Shown here piece by piece: positions 11,547 through 22,059 of a stretch of DNA of 40,860 nucleotides. The DNA comes from an uncultured Clostridia bacterium (GTDB lineage: Bacteria > Bacillota > Clostridia > TANB77 > CAG-508): the NCBI GenBank assembly GCA_947629085.1, contig CANRCM010000004.1, positions 1 through 40,860 on the forward strand, read 5' to 3'. The notes under the pieces are model-generated. The model worked only from the letters and a program-made list of their open reading frames with translations. It made no database searches and was not told the origin of the DNA. Every line of letters starts with the position of its first letter. The first letter of the stretch is position 1. A program made the position numbers and the translations under genes.

Positions 11547-12017
11547 TTACATATCGTCATCTTCGTCAAAATCACATCCATGACAACCATGACAGTTACC
11601 ATCTTGACATCCGTTCTCTGAATTGTCATCTATGTCTCCTGACCAATCTAATTCAATTATATTATTACATTCTGGGCATTCAATTTCATTTTTATCTTCA
11701 TTTATATCAGTTATAAATTCTGCATTACAATATGGACATATTATTTCGAAATCAAATCCATCTTCTTCATATATGTTTTTTTCTATATTTGTAATAGTTT
11801 CTTGCATTTTAGACATTTTTTCTTCTATTTGCTGTTGCGATTGTTCTAATTTTTTAATTTCTTCATCCTTATATTCTGTAATATAATTTATTTTTTCTAA
11901 TACTATATCTATAAAATCTGTTACTCTTTTTTTGATGTATTCCAAATCTTCTTTATCTTTTATATTTTTTTCTATGTCATCTAAAAAACTTTTATACTCG
12001 TTTTTTATATCTTTCAT
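11547..12017 (-). CDS. CD1247-like protein: N-terminal coiled coil, zinc ribbon, Cys-rich acidic tail
   Basis: CPYC..CPEC and GCQDGNCHGCHGC. Position directly downstream of efp is typical in Clostridia. Confidence 0.7.
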   Translation of the reverse strand: MKDIKNEYKSFLDDIEKNIKDKEDLEYIKKRVTDFIDIVLEKINYITEYKDEEIKKLEQSQQQIEEKMSKMQETITNIEKNIYEEDGFDFEIICPYCNAEFITDINEDKNEIECPECNNIIELDWSGDIDDNSENGCQDGNCHGCHGCDFDEDDDM

Positions 12018-12035
12018 GTAATTTTATTCACCTTT

Positions 12036-12602
12036 CTATACTCTTTCCATATATTCACATGTTCTAGTATCTATTCTTAAAATATCCCCAATATTTACGA
12101 ATAATGGAACTTGTATTTCTAAACCTGTTTCTAGTTTTGCTGGTTTTCCTGAAGTTGTTGTTGTATTTCCACTAAATCCTGGTTCAGTATATGTAACTTC
12201 TAACTCAACAAATGTTGGTGGTTCTACTGCAAATGTATTTCCTTTGTATGAAAGAATTGTAACTTCCATATTTTCTTTTAAATATTTTAAACAATCTCCT
12301 AGTTGATCTTCATTTAATGGAATTTGATCATATGTTTCATTATCCATGAAATAATATAGACCCCCATCATTATATAAATATTGCATTACTTTTTTTTCAA
12401 TCTCTGCTGCTGGAAATTTATCTGATGGATTAAATGTTTTTTCAAGAGTTGCTCCTGTTATTACATTTTTCAATTTTGTTCTTACAAAAGCTGATCCTTT
12501 TCCTGGTTTTACATGTTGAAACTCTATTATTCTATATACATTTCCTTCCATCTCAAATGTTGTTCCGTTTCTAAAATCCCCTGCTGAATATACCGATGCC
12601 AT
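12036..12602 (-). CDS. efp: Elongation factor P
   Basis: [20 protein letters not shown] and KPAKLETG motifs. ATG 12602 follows GAAAGGAG. Confidence 0.98.
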   Translation of the reverse strand: MASVYSAGDFRNGTTFEMEGNVYRIIEFQHVKPGKGSAFVRTKLKNVITGATLEKTFNPSDKFPAAEIEKKVMQYLYNDGGLYYFMDNETYDQIPLNEDQLGDCLKYLKENMEVTILSYKGNTFAVEPPTFVELEVTYTEPGFSGNTTTTSGKPAKLETGLEIQVPLFVNIGDILRIDTRTCEYMERV

Positions 12603-12657
12603 AATAATTTCTCCTTTCAAATTTCATTTATTATTTCTATATTTATAAACTTGTATT

Positions 12658-12686
12658 ATTTTATCATAAAATCTTAGAAAAATCAA
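12658..12686 (-). promoter_or_regulatory. Sigma-A promoter of efp
   Basis: TTGATT-17 nt-TAAAAT with extended TG. Confidence 0.55.
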
Positions 12687-12709
12687 ATTTTATCACACAT
12701 TTAAGTAAT

Positions 12710-13768
12710 TTATATTACAATATAATTTTTCTCAGATTTTGTTAAACTTATACAACCAAATTTTGTAATTTGAACTGTATCTTCTATTCTAACCCCAAAT
12801 TTCCCTGGTATATAAATTCCTGGTTCATCCGTTACAATCATATTTTCTCTTAATTGTGAATCTGCTTTATAACTAATATATGGTGCTTCATGTATATCTA
12901 ATCCAACTCCATGACCTATACTATGAATCAAATCATATCCATTTAGTTTAAAATCGTTTTCTACCATTTTTGATAACAATCTTGTACTTACTCCGTCTTT
13001 CATTTGTTCTAATGTTTGTACTTGATTCTTTAATACTAAATTATATACTGGTTTTATATATTCTGGAACACTACCAACAAAAATTGTCCTTGTCATATCT
13101 GAACAATATCCGTTTACTTTACATCCCATATCTATTGTTATAATATCATTCTTTAATATTTTTCTATCTGTTGGAACCCCATGTGGTTTCGAAGTATTTT
13201 CACCAGATACTACTATTGGGTCAAATGATACTCCATCTGTTCTTTGTCTATAATACTCTTCTATTTCATTGGCAATTTGTTTTTCTGTCATACCTGGCTT
13301 TATATATATTAACAAATAATCAAAACAATTATCTGTTATTTCACATGCTTTTTGTAAATTACTAATTTCTTCCTCATCTTTTATCATTCTTTGTTTTTCT
13401 ATTATATGTTCTGTTTCAACTAAATTATTGATTTTATATTTCCTTATAAATTCTTTATATTTTGCATATGTAACATAGTTTTCCTCAAATCCTACATTTT
13501 CACAGAACATAAAAAAATTTTCATTATCTTCTTGAGAAACATCACTTATATTATATACTATAATTTCATCATATAATGTTAAAATACTATGTACCTGTTC
13601 GATGTATCTACCATCAGTAATATAAATGTTTTCTTTTCTTGTTAATAGAAGTACTCCTTCTGCATCTATATTAGTTAAATATTTTATATTAGTTGGATTT
13701 GATATTATTAAGCCTTGTAAATCTAAGCTTGCCATTGTATTTCTTAACCACTGTAATTTAGAATTCAT
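12710..13768 (-). CDS. Xaa-Pro aminopeptidase (M24)
   Basis: Creatinase N-domain plus DMG..YCSDMTRT, HSIGHGVGLDIHE, EPGIY, GVRIED. Upstream of efp as in Firmicutes. Confidence 0.93.
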   Translation of the reverse strand: MNSKLQWLRNTMASLDLQGLIISNPTNIKYLTNIDAEGVLLLTRKENIYITDGRYIEQVHSILTLYDEIIVYNISDVSQEDNENFFMFCENVGFEENYVTYAKYKEFIRKYKINNLVETEHIIEKQRMIKDEEEISNLQKACEITDNCFDYLLIYIKPGMTEKQIANEIEEYYRQRTDGVSFDPIVVSGENTSKPHGVPTDRKILKNDIITIDMGCKVNGYCSDMTRTIFVGSVPEYIKPVYNLVLKNQVQTLEQMKDGVSTRLLSKMVENDFKLNGYDLIHSIGHGVGLDIHEAPYISYKADSQLRENMIVTDEPGIYIPGKFGVRIEDTVQITKFGCISLTKSEKNYIVI

Positions 13769-13784
13769 TCTTCATCACCTCCTA

Positions 13785-14537
13785 TTATCCTTTATACATT
13801 CCTAATGTAAATATTTGCATTAACATCATTTTAATTTGTTCAAAAGGTATATATATACTTATAAAAGTAGCTATAACTATAAAGGGTCCAAATGGTATAT
13901 ATTCATCCGATTTTTTTATTTTTGTAATAAGTAATAGTATGCTAAGTATTGCTCCTATTAAAAAAGATAGCAATGTAATTATTATAATATTTGATAATCC
14001 CAAAAACAAGCCCAATGCTCCCATTAGTTTAACATCACCAAAACCCATAGCTTCTTTACCATATACCAAGGCTCCTAATAATGTTATCAATAAAAATATT
14101 CCTCCACCAGCTAACATTCCTAGTAACATATTGATACTAATTGCTATATCTGATAATCCATAAAGAAATGTAACTATAATTCCTATTTCAAATATTGTTA
14201 AATTTAATCTATTTGGTATTATTTGTAGTTTATAATCAATTACAAATGCTGACAATAATAATGGCGTCAAAATACCATATTTTATTATATCTAAATTAGC
14301 TATTATTGTTTCTTTAATTCCAAATTTATAAACTAAGCCTACATATATTATGGCTGTAATTAACATTAATATATAATTTGGTTTGAAATTCATCTTATTT
14401 TCTATAAAAAATTCTTTTGTGAATATTTTTTTATTTTCAGGCAATCTTTTATTTAACCAATCAACTAATTGTCCTACTATTATTCCTAATATTACTGCTA
14501 ATACATAGTATACAATATATACATCATTTATATACAT
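13785..14537 (-). CDS. Prepilin peptidase (A24), lacking the Cys/Zn N-terminal domain
   Basis: Polytopic membrane protein with IDYKLQIIPN, MGFGDVKL and IPFGPFI motifs. Confidence 0.88.
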   Translation of the reverse strand: MYINDVYIVYYVLAVILGIIVGQLVDWLNKRLPENKKIFTKEFFIENKMNFKPNYILMLITAIIYVGLVYKFGIKETIIANLDIIKYGILTPLLLSAFVIDYKLQIIPNRLNLTIFEIGIIVTFLYGLSDIAISINMLLGMLAGGGIFLLITLLGALVYGKEAMGFGDVKLMGALGLFLGLSNIIIITLLSFLIGAILSILLLITKIKKSDEYIPFGPFIVIATFISIYIPFEQIKMMLMQIFTLGMYKG

Positions 14538-14540
14538 TTT

Positions 14541-15044
14541 TTAATTCTCCTTATTTTGTTTTTTCTTATATCTACTCTTTATTATATTTTCAATAGGTCT
14601 TTTCCATGCAGTATACCAATAATCTTTTTTTGATACTGGATCAACTAAAATTGTATACATTTTGCATTTATTCCCGCCTATGATATCTGTAAATATTTGA
14701 TCTCCTACTACAGCTATACTTGATTCATCTTCTTGTAACTCTTTTTGTACTTTTAAAAATCCTGTCTTAAACGGCTTTTTGGCAAAACATTGATATGGTA
14801 TTTGCAATGTATTTGCTACTTTTTCTATCTTTTGCTTTTTATTTGTATTTGATAATATATATAATTTAAAACCATTTTCTTTCATTTGTTTTACCCATTC
14901 AGGAATATGCTCTGAAATATTTTTGTTATAATCTATTAATGTATTATCTACATCTAATACCAATGCTTTTATTTTATTTGTTTTTAAAAATTCAATTGTT
15001 ATTTCTTCTACCTTGCTAAAATATGCATTTGGATATATAAACAT
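14541..15044 (-). CDS. yqeG: YqeG-family HAD IIIA phosphatase
   Basis: LDVDNTL, ILSN, AKKP, VGDQIFTDIIGGN motifs. Confidence 0.9.
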   Translation of the reverse strand: MFIYPNAYFSKVEEITIEFLKTNKIKALVLDVDNTLIDYNKNISEHIPEWVKQMKENGFKLYILSNTNKKQKIEKVANTLQIPYQCFAKKPFKTGFLKVQKELQEDESSIAVVGDQIFTDIIGGNKCKMYTILVDPVSKKDYWYTAWKRPIENIIKSRYKKKQNKEN

Positions 15045-15075
15045 TTTTTCCTCCACTAGTCAAATCTTCAATATT

Positions 15076-15104
15076 ATATTATCAATTATGTTATATTTTG
15101 TCAA
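15076..15104 (-). promoter_or_regulatory. Sigma-A promoter of yqeG
   Basis: TTGACA-17 nt-TAATAT with extended TG. Confidence 0.6.
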
Positions 15105-15203
15105 TTACATTTTATTTAAATATTCATAAGATTTATGTATGTTTTATATTGTTTTTTAAGATGTTTATATATCAAAAATAAAAGATCTGGAAATATCCAA
15201 ATC

Positions 15204-15896
15204 TTATTTACAAAATCTATGTTTACCAATTGTTACAGTAAGGGGTCTAGACCAAATCCATTTGTTTGTTGCTGTGCTAGGATTAAAATAATAAATTGCT
15301 CCATAGGAAGGATCCCAACCATTTAGTGCATCTTGTGCTGCTTTTTTTGCAGTCGAATCTTGTGACAAATTAATTTGTCCATCTTTGACGGCATCGAATG
15401 CTCCATTTTGATATATAACTCCTGCTATCGTATTTGGGAAAGAACTACTTTTTACGCGATTCAACACAACTGCTCCTACAGCTACTTGTCCTGAATACGG
15501 TTCCCCTCTTGCCTCTCCATAAATTAATTTCGATAATAAATTTAAATTGCTAGAATTGCTTGCAGTAGCACTAGATGTTGAACCACTTGAACTATTAATT
15601 CCCATTGCTTTTAAAGTTTGAGAACCCGCAATCCCATCTATTGTTAATCCATTCTTTCTTTGAAAATATTTAACTGCTTCTACAGTCTTACTTCCATAAA
15701 TTCCATCTACACTACCTTTATAGTATCCCCAGTTTTTTAATTTTGTTTGTATTTGTTTTACTTCATCTCCTCTAGATCCATATCTAGATACAGCTTCTAC
15801 ATTATTATTTTGAAATAAATTAATACCTAAAATAATTAATGCTCCTATAAAAACTAACGAAATAATTGTAATTATTTTCTTTTTATTTTTTAACAT
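15204..15896 (-). CDS. sleB: Spore cortex-lytic enzyme SleB
   Basis: Signal peptide, PG-binding domain (GSRGDEVKQIQTKL..DGIYG), Hydrolase_2 domain (GEARGEPYSGQVAVGAVVLNR, YYFNP). Confidence 0.93.
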   Translation of the reverse strand: MLKNKKKIITIISLVFIGALIILGINLFQNNNVEAVSRYGSRGDEVKQIQTKLKNWGYYKGSVDGIYGSKTVEAVKYFQRKNGLTIDGIAGSQTLKAMGINSSSGSTSSATASNSSNLNLLSKLIYGEARGEPYSGQVAVGAVVLNRVKSSSFPNTIAGVIYQNGAFDAVKDGQINLSQDSTAKKAAQDALNGWDPSYGAIYYFNPSTATNKWIWSRPLTVTIGKHRFCK

Positions 15897-15972
15897 AAAA
15901 ATCACCTAAATGTAAAAATTCTTATATTTATTTTTATCATTTAAGTAATTAATTATACATTTTTTATTCATT

Positions 15973-16998
15973 TTATGAACAATAAAAACATAATGTACTC
16001 TCAAGTCCTATTTCTAAATCTATTAACCCATTTTTATAATTATAATCTAAATCCCTTAAACTTTGAAGAATTTCCTTTAATTCTTTTTCTTTAAAATATC
16101 TTGATTGAGTTTTATATTTATTAACTAGAAACGTTTGATTTGGTTTTAAATTTAAACTAGTTATTATATTTTTATTATTTTCTAAAGCTAATGTTGTAAA
16201 ATATAATTTTTTAAAATGGTTATATAAAGTAATTAATATTCTTTGTACAGGCTCTTTAGTATATATGAGATTTTTTAAAACTTCTAATGATTTTGTTATA
16301 TCCTTTTTTCCTAAATTATCAGTCAATTCAAATATTATACTTTCCATCTTTTTAATTACTAATTTATCAATGTCTTCTTTTTGAATTTTACCATTTTCAC
16401 CTGCATATTCAATTAATTTTCTTATCTCATTTATTAAGTCCTGCATATTAGTTCCACAAGTTTCAATTAAGTATCTAATATTCGAATTATCTATATGTAC
16501 TTTATATCCATTGCATATTGCTTTTATTCTTTTTTCTATCTGTATCGGTTTTTGATAATCAAACTTACATACTGTACCCAAGTTATCTATAGTTTTATAC
16601 AATTTTTGTTTTATATCTACTTCATCTTCAGCAAATACTAATATAACACTTTCATTTATAACTTTAATATTTTGATTAATATATTCATTTATTACTTCTT
16701 TTATCTTAATAATTTCTGTATTTTTTCTCTTTCCCTCTTTTTTTAATATTCCTGTATTTCGTGCTATAATTAATTTTTTTTCATATCCAAAGGCTGGTGT
16801 TTCAATATCAGATATTAATTCACCAATATTAGTATCATCAATTGAAATAAAGTTAATTCCTTTAACTTTATCTCCAAATAATGATTTTATTTTTTTTAAT
16901 GAACTTTCTAATAAAAAAAGTTCTTCTCCATAAAAAAGATATAAACTATTCAATTTATTATTTTTTAATTCTTTTTCTAAATTCTCTATTGTTAACAT
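15973..16998 (-). CDS. holA: DNA polymerase III subunit delta
   Basis: LYLFYGEELFL, TPAFGYEKKLII, NEIRKL, IFELTD, DYNYKNG. Typical length of 341 aa. Confidence 0.92.
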   Translation of the reverse strand: MLTIENLEKELKNNKLNSLYLFYGEELFLLESSLKKIKSLFGDKVKGINFISIDDTNIGELISDIETPAFGYEKKLIIARNTGILKKEGKRKNTEIIKIKEVINEYINQNIKVINESVILVFAEDEVDIKQKLYKTIDNLGTVCKFDYQKPIQIEKRIKAICNGYKVHIDNSNIRYLIETCGTNMQDLINEIRKLIEYAGENGKIQKEDIDKLVIKKMESIIFELTDNLGKKDITKSLEVLKNLIYTKEPVQRILITLYNHFKKLYFTTLALENNKNIITSLNLKPNQTFLVNKYKTQSRYFKEKELKEILQSLRDLDYNYKNGLIDLEIGLESTLCFYCS

Positions 16999-17150
16999 TA
17001 TTATTTCTCCTAAGTTATACTTCTTCTTATTTTATCTTATCATTCTACTATGTTTTTTTCAAGTTTTTTCATTAATAAACAATAAAATGCCCCAATTATA
17101 AGGGACATAATATTTATTTGATTATTTTTTATTCTTTCTTTTTGATTTTA

Positions 17151-19199
17151 TTATATTCCTAATATGATTCTAAATACTTCTGAAATACTCCATCCTTGTG
17201 CTATCGCACCTTTAGGTAAATATGGTGCTTTTGAATCATATATTTCTGCTATACTTCCAATACAACCTCTTTGATATAACTCTTTTTTAAATGTACTTTT
17301 TGTCTTTTTTATGAGTTTTTTTATTTTTTCTTCTATAACCTTTTTTTCATCTTTCTCCTTTGTAAATTTTAATACATTTTTTAATGAATTATAATATAAA
17401 CCTAATAACCATGTCCAAGTAATTCCTTGATGATAGCTTCTATCTCTTGTTTTTGCATCTCCTTCATATATGTCAACGTAGTTTTCTTCTCCTTTTGCTA
17501 AAGTTTTTAGTCCATATGCATTTATTAATTTTTTTTCTACTATATTTATAATATTTTTTGCCTCTTCTGAATTTGGTTCAATTACAGGATAAGTTAGACT
17601 TAGAGCAAATAATTGATTTGGTCTTATTTTACCATCCCCCAATACATCATATAAACATTTTTTTCTTGAATTATATAATTTTTCATTAAATGATTTTTTA
17701 CAATTATTTGCTATCTTTTTGTATCTTCTAGCTTTTGTATTTTCTTCGTACTTTTTGCTTAAATCTGACATTATCATATTTGCGTTATACCATAAGCTAT
17801 TTACTTCTACAACTTTTCCTGATCTAGGTGTAATTGCAACCCCATCATATTTAGCATCCATCCAGGTATTTTGAGTTTTTTCTGTTCCTGAAACAATTAA
17901 TCCATCTTCATCTAAATAAATATTATTGTTATCAACATCTATTTTATTCATGTAATGTTCTATAATTTCTTGTAAAACATTATAAAATTCTGCTTTTATA
18001 AATTCATAATCTCCAGTATAATCTAAATATCTTTGAATAGCTTCAAATAGCAATAATGATGCATCTACACTATTATATAAAGGTCTATTATCATATCCTG
18101 AATATCCATTAGGAACTAATCCAAATTTAACATCTCTTATCATTGTTTTTAATACTTCTTTTGCTATATCATATCTTTTTATTACTAATAGCAACCCTTC
18201 AAAAGAAATCATACTATCTCTTCCCCAGTCCAAAAACCATGGATACCCTGCTATCAATGTATGTAATTTAAAATTTGGTCTATATACTACAAAATTATCT
18301 GTTGCTATTAAAAAATCTTTTATTAATTGTTCATCTTCTAGTTCTTTTTTTGTCTTTTTTTCTTTTGTGTAATCAATCAAAAGTGATTCATTACATAATT
18401 TATCTAAGCGCATAATTTCGTTATTTATTAAGTCTTTTACATTTATTTGCTCTATATTTTCTTCTAAAGAACATATAAATGAGATTTCTTTTTCCTCTTT
18501 AATTCCTATTTCGACTTCATATCTTCCTGAAACTGCATGATCTTCTTCTGGATAAAATCCTCTTTTTTCTTCCTCTATATAAAACATATTTTTAAAATTA
18601 TCATTATAATGTCTTATATAACTTCCCTCTGATAAATTCATATAAATAGGATTTTCGGAATTATTATCTACAATAACTTTTACTTTTTGATTATGTATTT
18701 CTTGTTTTAAATTAAAGTTATGATTAGTTTTTACTGTATGAAAGTCTCTAAAATTTATAATTGGTGCTATTATTAATTTGGCTTTTTCCTTACCATTTTT
18801 TATATTATAATATACACCAACTGTATTTTTTCCATAATCCATACAAATAATTTTAGTTATTTCTATGTCTTTAACTTTATACTTAAATATTGGAACATAT
18901 TGTTTTTCAAATTCTTCTTGATATTCATATCCTTTAGAAATATATTTTTTACATATATTTGTGTATAAATCATATTTCATTCCGTTTATTTCAATACTTT
19001 CATCTAATTTTGAAAGTACTAAAAACCTTCTTGCAGGCGGTGTTAATGGTGCAATTAATAATCCATGATATTTTCTTGTGTTTGCACCAATTATTGTTGA
19101 AGAACTATATCCTCCAATTCCATTTGTTATAAGCCACTCTTTGTCTAATCCACTTTCTAAATTTAATTTTTCTTTAGTGAACTTCATATTTTCCTCCAT
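17151..19199 (-). CDS. Glycogen debranching enzyme (GDE_N plus amylo-alpha-1,6-glucosidase GDE_C)
   Basis: EWLITNGIGGYSS, IAGYPWFLDWGRD, TWMDAK, IRPNQLFAL, YHQG, AQGWS motifs. Confidence 0.92.
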   Translation of the reverse strand: MEENMKFTKEKLNLESGLDKEWLITNGIGGYSSSTIIGANTRKYHGLLIAPLTPPARRFLVLSKLDESIEINGMKYDLYTNICKKYISKGYEYQEEFEKQYVPIFKYKVKDIEITKIICMDYGKNTVGVYYNIKNGKEKAKLIIAPIINFRDFHTVKTNHNFNLKQEIHNQKVKVIVDNNSENPIYMNLSEGSYIRHYNDNFKNMFYIEEEKRGFYPEEDHAVSGRYEVEIGIKEEKEISFICSLEENIEQINVKDLINNEIMRLDKLCNESLLIDYTKEKKTKKELEDEQLIKDFLIATDNFVVYRPNFKLHTLIAGYPWFLDWGRDSMISFEGLLLVIKRYDIAKEVLKTMIRDVKFGLVPNGYSGYDNRPLYNSVDASLLLFEAIQRYLDYTGDYEFIKAEFYNVLQEIIEHYMNKIDVDNNNIYLDEDGLIVSGTEKTQNTWMDAKYDGVAITPRSGKVVEVNSLWYNANMIMSDLSKKYEENTKARRYKKIANNCKKSFNEKLYNSRKKCLYDVLGDGKIRPNQLFALSLTYPVIEPNSEEAKNIINIVEKKLINAYGLKTLAKGEENYVDIYEGDAKTRDRSYHQGITWTWLLGLYYNSLKNVLKFTKEKDEKKVIEEKIKKLIKKTKSTFKKELYQRGCIGSIAEIYDSKAPYLPKGAIAQGWSISEVFRIILGI

Positions 19200-20821
19200 T
19201 ATTTATCTTTTAAATTGCTATTTTCTAACTTTTTTAGCATTTCTTCTCTTAACTCTTGCTGTGTTTTCTTTTTTGTTCTTGATTTTCTAGTAGTTGGTTT
19301 TTGATTTTTATTACTTTTCTTTGTGACTTTTTCATGTCTTTTTCTTGATTTTTCATCTGCTTCTTTTATAGAAGCGATTCTCTCTCTATATTTGTTACTA
19401 AATTTGCTTTGTGATTTTCTTGTTTGCGTTTTTTTGTTACTTTTCTTTTCTTTTTTCTCTTTCTTTTTCATATTTTTCTTAATTTTGCTTATTCTTTTTT
19501 CTTCTCTTAATTTATTATTAAGCATTAAATATTGAGGATCATTTTGTTTATCTTGATATTTTAAGTCATCACAAATCAACTCAATTATTGAAGAAGCAAC
19601 TAATTTTGGATCATGTCTAATATGTCCATCAATAATCATTGATAAATCTCTTTGTAAAAATTTAATTCCTCTTACTTTTTCAATATTTTGATCTACTATA
19701 TCTTGTCCTTCCAAATTATATTTTTTTATAAACTCCGGTATAATTTCTCCTGTATCATAAATACAGTAATCAACAACACCTTTTCCACAGTGGTCTATAA
19801 TCGCATTTAAATGATCTGATACAGAATAGTTATCTGTTTGACCTGGTTCCGTCATAATATTGCTTATATATACTTTAATTGCGCTACTTTCCTTAATTGC
19901 CTTTGCCACACCGTTTATTAAAAGGTTTGGTATTACATTTGTATATAAACTTCCTGGTCCTATAATAATACAATCAGCATTTTTTATTGCATCTAAAACT
20001 CCTGGTGCTGGTTTACAATTACTTGGATTAATTAATATTCTATTTATATTTGTTATTTTTTCAGAAACTATTTCTGGTATTTTAGATTTTTCTTCAACAA
20101 TATATCCATTTGCAAGCTCTGCAACAATTTTCATTTCATCTAAAGTTACAGGTATTACTTTTCCTACTATGTTTAAAACTTCATTACTCTTTATAATAGA
20201 ATCTTCAAAATTTCCATTTATTTCCTTCATTGCAGAAAAATAAATGTCTGAAAAATTAAGTCCATTTAATTTTCCCTTTGTAAATTTGTAATTAAATAAC
20301 TTATCTATTTGTCCTTCTTGTGTTGCTAGTGATACTATACTATCTTTTACATCTCCTAATGGTAATAATTGCAATTCTTTTCTTGAATTTGTAGCTACTT
20401 CTCCATAATCTGATATTGTAACTATTGCAGTTAAATTATTTGTATATTTCTTCAATCCATAAAGAACTGTATCTAATCCTGCTCCTCCACCAATTACAAC
20501 AATATTAGGTCCTTTATCATATACTGTTTTATTAAATATTAATGATTTTATATTAACATTATCTTTATTTTCCATTCTTTCATCTGTTGATTCTATTAAT
20601 ACCTCTAACGTTCTCTTATTTAAAAAAATCAAACCTAAAACAATTGCTAAAAATCCTAATACAAATATAATAACGACTTCTCCTACTTCTGTAAAAGAAA
20701 TTTCCTTCATTACAAATATTTTGGCTAATCCATAGCACGCTAACATTATTCCTATTAATATCAAAAATATCCATCTTTTCATTTTATTACTTGATTTAAA
20801 CCATTGCATTAATCCACTCAT
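19199..20821 (-). CDS. yvcK: YvcK/GlmR-family UDP-GlcNAc-binding protein with two N-terminal TM helices and a basic C-terminal tail
   Basis: IVVIGGGAGL, LTAIVT, IIIGPGSLYTNVIPNL, NIMTEPGQT, IRHDP motifs. Confidence 0.88.
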   Translation of the reverse strand: MSGLMQWFKSSNKMKRWIFLILIGIMLACYGLAKIFVMKEISFTEVGEVVIIFVLGFLAIVLGLIFLNKRTLEVLIESTDERMENKDNVNIKSLIFNKTVYDKGPNIVVIGGGAGLDTVLYGLKKYTNNLTAIVTISDYGEVATNSRKELQLLPLGDVKDSIVSLATQEGQIDKLFNYKFTKGKLNGLNFSDIYFSAMKEINGNFEDSIIKSNEVLNIVGKVIPVTLDEMKIVAELANGYIVEEKSKIPEIVSEKITNINRILINPSNCKPAPGVLDAIKNADCIIIGPGSLYTNVIPNLLINGVAKAIKESSAIKVYISNIMTEPGQTDNYSVSDHLNAIIDHCGKGVVDYCIYDTGEIIPEFIKKYNLEGQDIVDQNIEKVRGIKFLQRDLSMIIDGHIRHDPKLVASSIIELICDDLKYQDKQNDPQYLMLNNKLREEKRISKIKKNMKKKEKKEKKSNKKTQTRKSQSKFSNKYRERIASIKEADEKSRKRHEKVTKKSNKNQKPTTRKSRTKKKTQQELREEMLKKLENSNLKDK

Positions 20822-20856
20822 TATTTCTTCATTCCTTTCTTGCAACATGTAATATT

Positions 20857-21774
20857 TTATTTACCTACAACTTCTATTTCTAATTCAATTTCTTTATTGA
20901 ACTTTTTATAAATTTTTTCTTTTATATATTCTATTAATTTTAAAACATCTTCTGATGTTGCATTTCCTTTATTTATTATAAAACCACTATGTTTAGTAGA
21001 TACTTCAGCTCCTCCAATTGAATATCCTTTTAATCCTGCTTTATCTATTAGTTCTGCTGTTATAAAACCATCTCCTCTTTTAAATGTACTACCTGCATTT
21101 GGGAATTCTATCGGTTGCTTTTCTTTTCTATATTTTGAATATTCATATATCTTTTGTTCTATTTTTTGTTTTTCTCCTTTTTTTAATGCCAGATCTACTT
21201 CTAAAACAATATATTTTTCTTTTTTTAGCATACTTCTTCTGTATTCAAATTTCATTTTTTCATTTGTGAATATTTTTATATTTCCATCATAGTCCATACA
21301 TTTTACTGTTTTTACTATGTCTTTCATTTCTTTTCCATGAGCTCCAGCATTCATTTTTATTGCTCCACCAATTGTCCCTGGAATTCCTGATAATTCTTCT
21401 AATCCTGATATTTCTCTTTCTAAACATTCTCTCGCAAGTTTTGTGATTTTATTTCCTGCTCCAACTGTAACTTTTATCTGACCTTGATCTTCTTTTATCT
21501 CAAATTTTTCTAATTTTATTGTTATTGTAATTCCTTTTATTCCATTATCTAGTACTAATAAATTACTTCCATTTCCTATTACAGTTAATGGTATTTTATT
21601 TTTCTTTATAAATATTAATATCTCTTTTAAATCATTAATATTATCTATTTTTATAAAACACTCTGCAGGTCCACCCAACTTAAAAGTTGAATGTTTTTTC
21701 ATAGGTTCATTAAATAATATTTTTTCTTTATCTATTTGTAAATTTGACTTTTTTATTAATTCTTCTAAGTTCAA
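20857..21774 (-). CDS. murB: UDP-N-acetylenolpyruvoylglucosamine reductase
   Basis: HSTFKLGGPA, GNGSNLLV, GIPGTIGGAIKMNAGA, PNAGSTFKR, KHSGFIIN. Confidence 0.97.
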   Translation of the reverse strand: MNLEELIKKSNLQIDKEKILFNEPMKKHSTFKLGGPAECFIKIDNINDLKEILIFIKKNKIPLTVIGNGSNLLVLDNGIKGITITIKLEKFEIKEDQGQIKVTVGAGNKITKLARECLEREISGLEELSGIPGTIGGAIKMNAGAHGKEMKDIVKTVKCMDYDGNIKIFTNEKMKFEYRRSMLKKEKYIVLEVDLALKKGEKQKIEQKIYEYSKYRKEKQPIEFPNAGSTFKRGDGFITAELIDKAGLKGYSIGGAEVSTKHSGFIINKGNATSEDVLKLIEYIKEKIYKKFNKEIELEIEVVGK

Positions 21775-21852
21775 AATTACACTCCCTTTTTATTTCTATT
21801 ACTTTATTATTATTATATTTATTTTTTTACTATTCTATAAATTTTCTACTTT

Positions 21853-21881
21853 ACTATATCATTTTTGTATGAAAATTACAA
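21853..21881 (-). promoter_or_regulatory. Sigma-A promoter of murB
   Basis: TTGTAA-17 nt-TATAGT with extended TG. Confidence 0.55.
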
Positions 21882-22010
21882 GTACTATAAAACATAAAAA
21901 GAGACTAAAAAAATAAAAATAAATTATTTTTATTTTTTCAATTCTCTTCTTTTCTATTATTAATTTATATGGTTTTTTATTATTAAACTAATTATAAAAA
22001 TGGAAATTAT

Positions 22011-22057
22011 AAAAACAAGTTAATACTATTTTTATTAATAGTAATTAACTTGTTTTT
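22011..22057 (-). terminator. Terminator after spoVT
   Basis: AAAAACAAGTTAAT..ATTAACTTGTTTTT inverted repeat directly after the stop. Confidence 0.75.
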
Positions 22058-22059
22058 TA

